DNA from: Guillardia theta CCMP2712
Taxonomy: Eukaryota > Protista > Cryptophyta
Direction: 5' to 3'
Assembly: GCF_000315625.1 (NCBI RefSeq)
Contig: NW_005434638.1
Location: 313,300 to 377,299 of the forward strand
Length of the DNA: 64,000 nt
Below, piece by piece: positions 57,077 through 64,000 of the stretch (positions are counted from its first letter, which is position 1; each line of letters begins with the position of its first letter). A model generated the notes under the pieces. The model was not told the origin of the DNA and did no database searches. It saw nothing but the letters and a program-made list of their open reading frames with translations. The translations under genes were made by a program, and so were the position numbers.

Positions 57077-59278
57077 TCATTCGTCAAGTGTCTCCATGTA
57101 GGGTGAGAAGTAAGATCTGCAAGTTCAAGTAAGCTGAGAGCGAACGGGCAACTCACGCACGTTTGGCTGAGAAGCGAACGGACGGGGCCGAGGCCAGCGA
57201 TGAGGACAGGGAAGAAAACGCCGATAGCCTGTGAAGAAGTGAGTGGGGGGAGAGGAGGAGGACGAGAGAAAATTGGGTGGAGGTTGGAACGGAAGGGAAA
57301 GAGGGTGGAGAAGGCGGGGATGGGTTGCAGAAAGTGGGATCGGGGGAGGAGAAGGGGGAGGGGGGAGGGGAGGAAAGTAAAGTGGAGGGGGAGGGGGGAG
57401 GGGAGGAGAGGGGAGGGGNNNNNNNNNNNNNNNNNNNNNNNNNNNNNNNNNNNNNNNNNNNNNNNNNNNNNNNNNNNNNNNNNNNNNNNNNNNNNNNNNN
57501 NNNNNNNNNNNNNNNNNNTGAGAACAAAATCCCATTCATGAAGGCACCTGTAAACACCACACCGGAAAATAATCCGTTAAAATCTGTAGGGAGTAGGAAA
57601 TCGAGGGGAGGGGGAGGAAGACAGGATAACAACCGATTCCTTCACGAGGAACATGCTGGCAAGGCAAGCCATCTGGATGAGAGTGAAGGAAGACAACTAG
57701 GGGGGAAACGTCAGAGAGCTCCCGTCACCCGAGCACGAACTCACCACTGTGCTGGGGATCAGCTTGTCCTTCCATAGGAACTTGTTGTCGTTCACCCTCT
57801 CAGAGATGAGCAGCTTCATTCGCTCCCACATGTCAACCCCGCCCAGCGAGGAGGCGCCGAGGTACATGAAGAGGCCTGCAGACGGTGAGAGGGCGACCAT
57901 GGCGGAGGCCTTCGCTACCTGTCATGACGCACTTGGGGACTGTTGCCAGGGTAGGACGGAGGAAGAGGATGGAGAGAGCGATGAGGAGGTGGATAAGAAA
58001 GCCAGTGACCCTCTGCTCCAGCACTCCTTGCACGTTGGTCGTTCCGCTCTGGTAGACGGTGTTGGCCCGCACGTGCGCCAACGAACGGACGGTGGCAGCG
58101 ACGAGCCAAGGGAACCCGATGACGGAGCAGCCTCCTGTGAGGAGAGCGATGATGAGCAGGTCGAGGTCGTAGCCGTGCCCCTTCTTTAGCTTGTGCTTGT
58201 CCGAGTTGACGAGCCTGACCGTGATGTTCTGATCCATAAAGAGCAGGATGGTCGCCATGAACGCGGGGACGGCGGACGCGAATCGGGCCCAGAGAGGAAG
58301 TTCCATCAAGTCGATGAGCCATGGACGTCCGCTGGTGGTGGAAAGAGCAGCAGGAACATCGAGGCCGCTCAAGCTGATACCGAAGTTGGACTTGAACTGC
58401 ATGCCGATAAACCATGCAAGCGCAACGCCGATGGTGGGAGCGAAGTTGGAAATCGTGTCACGTAGAGACTTGTTGAAGAATTTGGTGGCGCGGAGCTTGG
58501 AGAGGGAGGTAGCAGTGAGGAAGGCGGAGGAGGCGAGGATCAAGCTCGAGCTTGCGATGTTGAATGCAGCGGGAGTCCGAGCGACGGCAAAGAGCTTCCA
58601 AGACTCCTTGACGGCCTCGAAGATGAAGATGAAGGAGATGAGAAGCGAGAAGATCTCGTCCGTGAACCGCGTGAGCCGGGCGACCACGTTTGAGAAGGAG
58701 AAGAAACTTCCCATGAGGAGGAACAAGCTACTCCACAACCCCGTCCAGGCGTAGAGGGGAAGGAAGGGAAGGCCCATGCTGAGCGAGAACTGATAGAGGA
58801 CGGCAGTGAAGGCAAGGACAGGCCCCGTGCTCCCGATGATAGTCAGAGGCTGCCCAGAGAAAGCTGCGTAGACCATCCCGCAGATCCCCGTGCTCATCAG
58901 GTACTCGACGGTACCGATGTTTCCTCCTGTCATGCCGGACATGAGCCCTCCAAACGCCAAGGCAGGGGCGAGACACGCAAAGAAGAGGAAGGCGACGGTC
59001 GAGAGCGTCTGCAGCTTCAGCCCGTCCTTGATGTCGCTCCAGTACAACTTGGACCTCGAGCTCACGTCCTCCCGTAGCCCCTCCCCGAACCCTCTCACTA
59101 GAGGCGGAGGAGGAACGTGCGATGCCCGCAAAGCAGCAGCTCCCGATGCGGATTTTTCTCCTCGAGGAGGCCTCAAGATCAAGAGAGGATGCGAGAGCTG
59201 CGAGAGGATCGGAAGACTGATGCTGCCATCAATCAGCAGCACAACTGCGAGAAGACGGAGAGCGAACTTCGCCGCCAT
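57077..59278 (-). CDS. SLC4 (bicarbonate/anion exchanger/borate) family transporter with an N-terminal signal peptide
   Basis: YWSDIKDGL..FLFFACLAPALAFGGLM; FSGQPLTIIGSTGPVL; TRFTDEIFSLLISFIFI; LLFMDQNIT; KLKKGHGYDLDL; PWLVAATVRSLAH; VLEQRVTG; GLFMYLG; FTLIQMACL; IGVFFPVLI. The last exons lie beyond the N gap. Confidence 0.92.
57419..57518. other. Assembly gap (100 N) inside an SLC4 intron
   Basis: Run of N next to a G-rich tract; the flanking exons ..VKES| and |AIGVFFP join in frame. Confidence 0.95.
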
Positions 59279-59927
59279 GCCTGATGAGATCTCAGTCAAA
59301 CTCTCAGATCATCTTGTTAATACACAACTCTCCAACTCTCCGGCCTCTTTCTTCCCGCTTCTCAACTCGCTATCATTTCGCTAGCCACGAAATTCTCTGA
59401 TTCCTCTACTCCAACGGCGATACTCCTCCACTTTCCCTCTCGCTCTCCTCTCTCCCTCTCTCTCCCTCCCTCTCCATCTCTCTCCCCCTCTCTCCATGTT
59501 TCATCTTCACAACCATCAAATTCAACCATTCGATCCATGCCCGAGTGCATCCCCCTCCCCTTGGATATGAATCTTTCTATTCCTCCACTTACCGTTTCCT
59601 CGCCCAACCCCTCTTCCAATCCTCTTCCCTCCTCTCTCCTTGACCCTTTCCGTCACTCTTTCCCTCTTTGCCCCCTTCTCCCTCTCTTATTCTGCTCTCA
59701 GCTCACTGAGTTTCTCCACTTCTCCTCCTCCTCCTCTCTTCATCGCTCCACAAACTTCCGTCCCCTCCCTGCATTTTTCATTTTCGCGTCACTTTTCTTA
59801 TTATTTGTTTTAGTGCATTATTTCAAATAATATTTTCAAATTTTATTGTTTAAATTGAAAATACATGATAGCAGTTGAACTTGAAACCTTGTGTAAAAAG
59901 CGAAATATAAAAAAAGAACAATTTCGT

Positions 59928-60046
59928 TCCGACCCATCCGGGCCGCACGGGAGAGGCTCCCCGAAAGATCCGATCATGATCGGCGGCCCGGGACAACCGT
60001 GACGCCATGGCCGGACTCCGGCAAGTCACTGACCGTCGGACTTTTT
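59928..60046. other. Compact GC-rich multi-stem element (putative repeat/mobile-element terminus or small ncRNA)
   Basis: Nested inverted repeats TCCGAC/GTCGGA, CCGGGCCGC/GCGGCCCGG, GGGAG/CTCCC, palindrome CCGATCATGATCGG, GTGAC/GTCAC and GCCGG/CCGGC, followed by TTTTT. Confidence 0.5.
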
Positions 60047-60225
60047 AACTTAACTTCGAGTAAAGACTGGCTTCGGTGGAATCGGGCAGGTCCGGCCGCA
60101 TGATTTTCAACTTTCGGGGGCAGGAGCCAGAGTTTGCTGTCAGCTTGTCTACCGGGAACGAACCGTATTGTAGCGTTTCAATCGGAACAAATCTCTCAGC
60201 TCAGTAAAGCAGTTCAACGGTTCAT

Positions 60226-62601
60226 TCAGGCAGCAGAACTTTCCTCATCTTCTACCGGGAACGAACCGTATTGTTGGTTCCACTCTATGTAGTTAGAGAT
60301 GTCCTTGTCAGAAACGCTGGCTCGGACCTGAAGAGAGAAATGATCAGCTGGACTAGTAAAAATACAAGGGGACACCTGTCTCAAAGCGTTCTTGAAATCT
60401 TGAATGTTGATCGGACGAACGCTTTGATTGAACTCGGGTCAGCTTTCTCCAGCTTAATCCACGGAAGTCAGATTACCTTTGAGCACTAATCCTCCGTATA
60501 TCTGCAAGCCCTCGAATGGGACCCATCTGCAGACAGTGAGCTACATCGCATGCCACACCAAACGCCTTGACCGCAGCTTCGGTGCAGAGAGCCTTGACAT
60601 CTGCTCCTGAATAGCCCTTGGTCAAGTTTGCAATTTCTTGGAGGTCCTGAAAGAAAAATTCTTCAAAGAGTGTTTGACCAAACAGCAATGGTGCACACCA
60701 TTTCACAAAGGTCATGACTTTGATTCCTCATGAGATGTGTGACCAACTGTTGACGAGCTGCCGAGTCCGGGAGGGGGATGTACAGACGTTTCACCATCCT
60801 ACGTCTTGCAGCCTCATCAAGTTCCTGCAGATTGAGGCGAAGCATCAGGTCGGACAACCGTTTCGCCTGAGAGTTGGTATACTTGTGGACGATTCGTGGC
60901 GCCAACGAGCAAGATCCTTTCCTCTTGAGAACAGGCAACGCCGTCCATTTGTACCAGAAACTCTGTCTTGACTCGTCTCGAAGCTTCGAAGTCTCCTTCT
61001 GATCGTTGTGACAGCAAGGAGTCGATTTCATCTATGAAGATCACCGAAGGAGCCTGTTGATATTCGAAAATGTATGTAAATCAATCGCAATTCAGCAAAT
61101 TCAATGTTTACATTGACACGCGCAACAGCAAATAGGGCCCTAACCATTTTCTCTCCCTCCCCTGCAATTTGGGTCAAATAAAGATACTTTCGTGAAAGCT
61201 CATCACCTATCCATTTTGACATGAGTGAACTAGCAGAGATTGAGAAAAATGTTGCCCCTGACTCCGTAGCAATCGTCTTTCCAATCATGGTTTTCCCCGT
61301 TCCTGGAGGCCCAAACAGAAGCAACCCTTTGGGTGGCCCTCGCAGACCAGTAAAGATGTCTGGGCGAAGCATGGGCCAAACAACAATCTCCATCACACTT
61401 GCCTTAGCAAATTCGAGTCCAGCTATATCATCCCAACTTATTCCAGGACTCTGATCCAATATCTCACTCTCGATCATTTCGATCATTTTCGGTTCAATGT
61501 TTTTGAGTCGAGGATCCGTGGGCTCAGAATCTGCTCTTTGAGGGTTCGAGTCACGTTGTCTTGATTCTTGATTCATGCCCCCCTCGTCACCATCTTCTTT
61601 TTTCATCCAGGGTGGTACAAAGGCGTTGTTCAGGTTCGACCGTTTTCCGCCTAAAGTCTTTCTTTGACCTGCATTTGCTATATGCCAACCAGATGTATTT
61701 CCTCCTTGCATCTCGGAGCGATCATTCCTGTCAAACACTTTAATTGATCATCACAAGCAGTCTCCCTTGTTCACCTTTGCCCGTTTGCTTTGTCTAGCCT
61801 ATACTTGTCAGATCCTGACATGAAATCGTTCGGTCTGTTCTGAGAATTTTCGTCTCGACCAGAGTTGGCAGTATGCTCTTCTTGTCTCCAACCTGCCACT
61901 GGACCCATGGCTCCATTGTTCCACCTTAAAGCAATAATGAGGGAAAATACAACCTATCTCATCAGCACGTCTCACCTGGAAGCAATGCTGTTCTCACATC
62001 TTCCTGAAACCTCGATTATTTTGCGCTTTCTCATCTCCTCCGATTGTTTCCACGGATTTGCTTCATTGTCCTGCAAAAGATTCTCCTTCATGTTGAGCCC
62101 CTGCGGTGGAGGAGCAATTTCCAACGAATTTCTTGCGGTCCCACCAACTATAGCGTTGAGTTCTTGGAAACGTCGGCAGGCTGCATGAGAGAAAGTAATC
62201 GAGTTGTCGATTTCCATTCTTTCAGCCTTCTTCATGCTCTTTTTCATCTCTTGAAATGCAGGCAGAGACCAAATCTCGTCGAAATCGAAGGAAAAGCTCT
62301 CCTGATCATGCTGCAACTGCGGGCCGCAAGCATGCACCACCTGCATCACATCATCGTCGGAGACGTAGGCTCTCATCGCCCTCTGGAGCCTCGACGAAAC
62401 ATCTTCTCTCACTGTAAACGAAGTATGCAGAAGGTCCTTGCAGTCCACTGTCCTGTCCAATTCCATCCAGAATGGATCTTCGAGCATCAGCGAGCACTTC
62501 TGAAGGTTCTTCACTTTCATGGCAGGGTTCAAAGAATCGGTCAACGACAGCATTGCATCTGCAAATAGCCGACTCTTCATCGTCTCTGGCCTTGCCTGCA
62601 T
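60226..62601 (-). CDS. FIGNL1: Fidgetin-like 1 AAA+ ATPase, multi-exon
   Basis: FVPP motif; [72 protein letters not shown]; [14 protein letters not shown]; GATNRPQ|ELDEAARRR; [14 protein letters not shown]; [22 protein letters not shown]. Confidence 0.95.
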
Positions 62602-63028
62602 GTTGGAGTGATACAGATCGTCTCCTGCTCCTCCTGCTCCTCCTGCTCCTCCTGCTCCTCCTGCTCCTCCTGCTCCTCAGTTGTCTTCAGAAAATTTCAC
62701 CTTCCCGCCAAAAAACCATTCAAGGATTTCAGGTATTATTTTGAGTAAAAGAATTAGTTGACCCGGGCCTACCACGTGACCCGGCAAACTTGAAGTTTAC
62801 TCACAGGCTGAGAGTCACAGCTGAGAGGCTGAGAGGGGGCTTTCCTAGCCCTCTCATGTCTGGATGCTTGGGTTTCACATCCTAGCATACAGTCTATCTC
62901 TCATGTGCTCCTCAATTCTGATTTTGTGTGGCATAAAACTCGGAGTCGGTCTTGAGCAAAAACTGTCTTGTCGATGTGATATCTGCGTGACTTTGGTATA
63001 GTACAAGTCTAACAAGGCTTGTGCTCCG

Positions 63029-64000
63029 TCAACTTGTCAGGGTCAAGTCACAAGTTGCCCAGCTCTCCGGGGGCAGAGTCCTCAAATGCGGTGGCAGAGG
63101 CTCAATGTGAGCACTGTCCGATCGGCACTGAGCAGTGCAACGGCGGTCACCGGGCGGCCGCGGGAGTCCTCGGGCCGGGCCCCGGCAAGTGTGAGGGAAA
63201 TTTGAACTTGAGATGTAAAATTTCAAAAATTTGGAGGGAAAGCGAACCAAGGGAAGGCAGTCATGGAGGCGAAGGTGAAGATACTCGGGAGGTGAGTGGC
63301 ATGCAGAGGATGAAAGATGCGAAGACAAGAAGCAGAGGATGAAGGAGTGAGGGAGAAGGGTACATGCGCTAGGATTGGAACTAACAGATCCTGTCTGCAA
63401 AGTTATCTCAATCCTTCCAGGCAATACACTGACAAAGTTTTTCTTCAGCAACCATGAGCTTTCGAATCTGACCGACAAGTCGATCCGTCGCACCCGTGAG
63501 ACCATATCCTCGGAATGGCGGCGGAAGACACGGCAGCTCATCCGTATAGAAGAGAAGAAGTGAATCTCTGCTCCTCCGCTCCTTGCTGCTGAACCTGCTG
63601 AACCTGCTGAACCAACTTCAGGTTCGGTCGAGATCTCTCGGCGGATGAGCTCGAACATTTCATATCCGTGATTAAACAAGACAAGCTGCCCCGGCAAAAG
63701 CGAGTGCAGGCCTGCCAGGTACAATCTCTCCTTAGTCTGGTGCACCTGACATGTTGTGAATTGCGATTGGGATGAAAGGCACTGATGGAGGTTCTTGCTG
63801 CCTCCTTCCTTCCCTCCTTCCTGATGCTTTCCCAGGGCATCATCTTCCTCTTCGTCCGAGAGCCCATGATAGCATCTCATCTGATCTCCAACTTCTTCCT
63901 CGTAGTGCTGCTGTCCTGCCCGAGCCCCCTCTGATTCTAGCTTGCTAGGAGCTCGTGACGCAGGCTGAGGAGAGTACTCGAGTTCTCTCTCTGGATCTTC
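63029..64000 (-). CDS. 3' part of an unknown gene running off the window edge
   Basis: A 283-codon open minus frame plus small upstream spliceable segments; no recognisable domain. Confidence 0.3.
   Translation of the reverse strand, partial: EDPERELEYSPQPASRAPSKLESEGARAGQQHYEEEVGDQMRCYHGLSDEEEDDALGKHQEGGKEGGSKNLHQCLSSQSQFTTCQVHQTKERLYLAGLHSLLPGQLVLFNHGYEMFELIRREISTEPEVGSAGSAGSAARSGGAEIHFFSSIRMSCRVFRRHSEDMVSRVRRIDLSVRFESSWLLKKNFVSVLPGRIEITLQTGSVSSNPSACTLLPHSFILCFLSSHLSSSACHSPPEYLHLRLHDCLPLVRFPSKFLKFYISSSNFPHTCRGPARGLPRPPGDRRCTAQCRSDSAHIEPLPPHLRTLPPESWATCDLTLTS

Noticed and set aside
59928-60046. Hammerhead/HDV ribozyme or 5S rRNA identity for the structured element
   Set aside because: It lacks the CUGANGA core, the HDV L3 consensus, and conserved 5S motifs.

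Overview
This is gene-dense eukaryotic nuclear DNA, not prokaryotic. It has many short (~45-55 nt) GT-AG introns with a CTGAC-type branch point, and several introns expanded by microsatellites or minisatellites. An axonemal dynein, a FOR20 basal-body protein and bipartite signal-plus-transit leaders suggest a flagellated alga with a complex (secondary) plastid. A cryptophyte (Guillardia/Hanusia-like) is my inference, not a verified identification. About 22 genes were reconstructed by hand-splicing: NudC, HIU hydrolase, a cNMP-binding protein, a Kv channel, a CRAL-TRIO protein, a YghU-like GST, FTSJ1/Trm7, NAA30, an NRPS-like A-T-ankyrin protein, eIF2B-delta, a DNAH1-like dynein, CEP20/FOR20, a GT15 mannosyltransferase, a UBL-BAG protein, a PDZ protein, an SLC4 transporter, FIGNL1 and several unknowns. 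The best candidate for an undescribed system is the stand-alone adenylation-thiolation-ankyrin enzyme (20995-24961, minus), which has no condensation, thioesterase or reductase domain. Other leads are a clustered TACCCC/GGGGTA motif upstream of many genes, a compact highly structured GC-rich element at ~59.9-60.05 kb, a signal-bearing SLC4, and a PTS2-like micro-exon on HIU hydrolase. There are two 100-N assembly gaps. Exon boundaries are manual and approximate, and no database searches were run.
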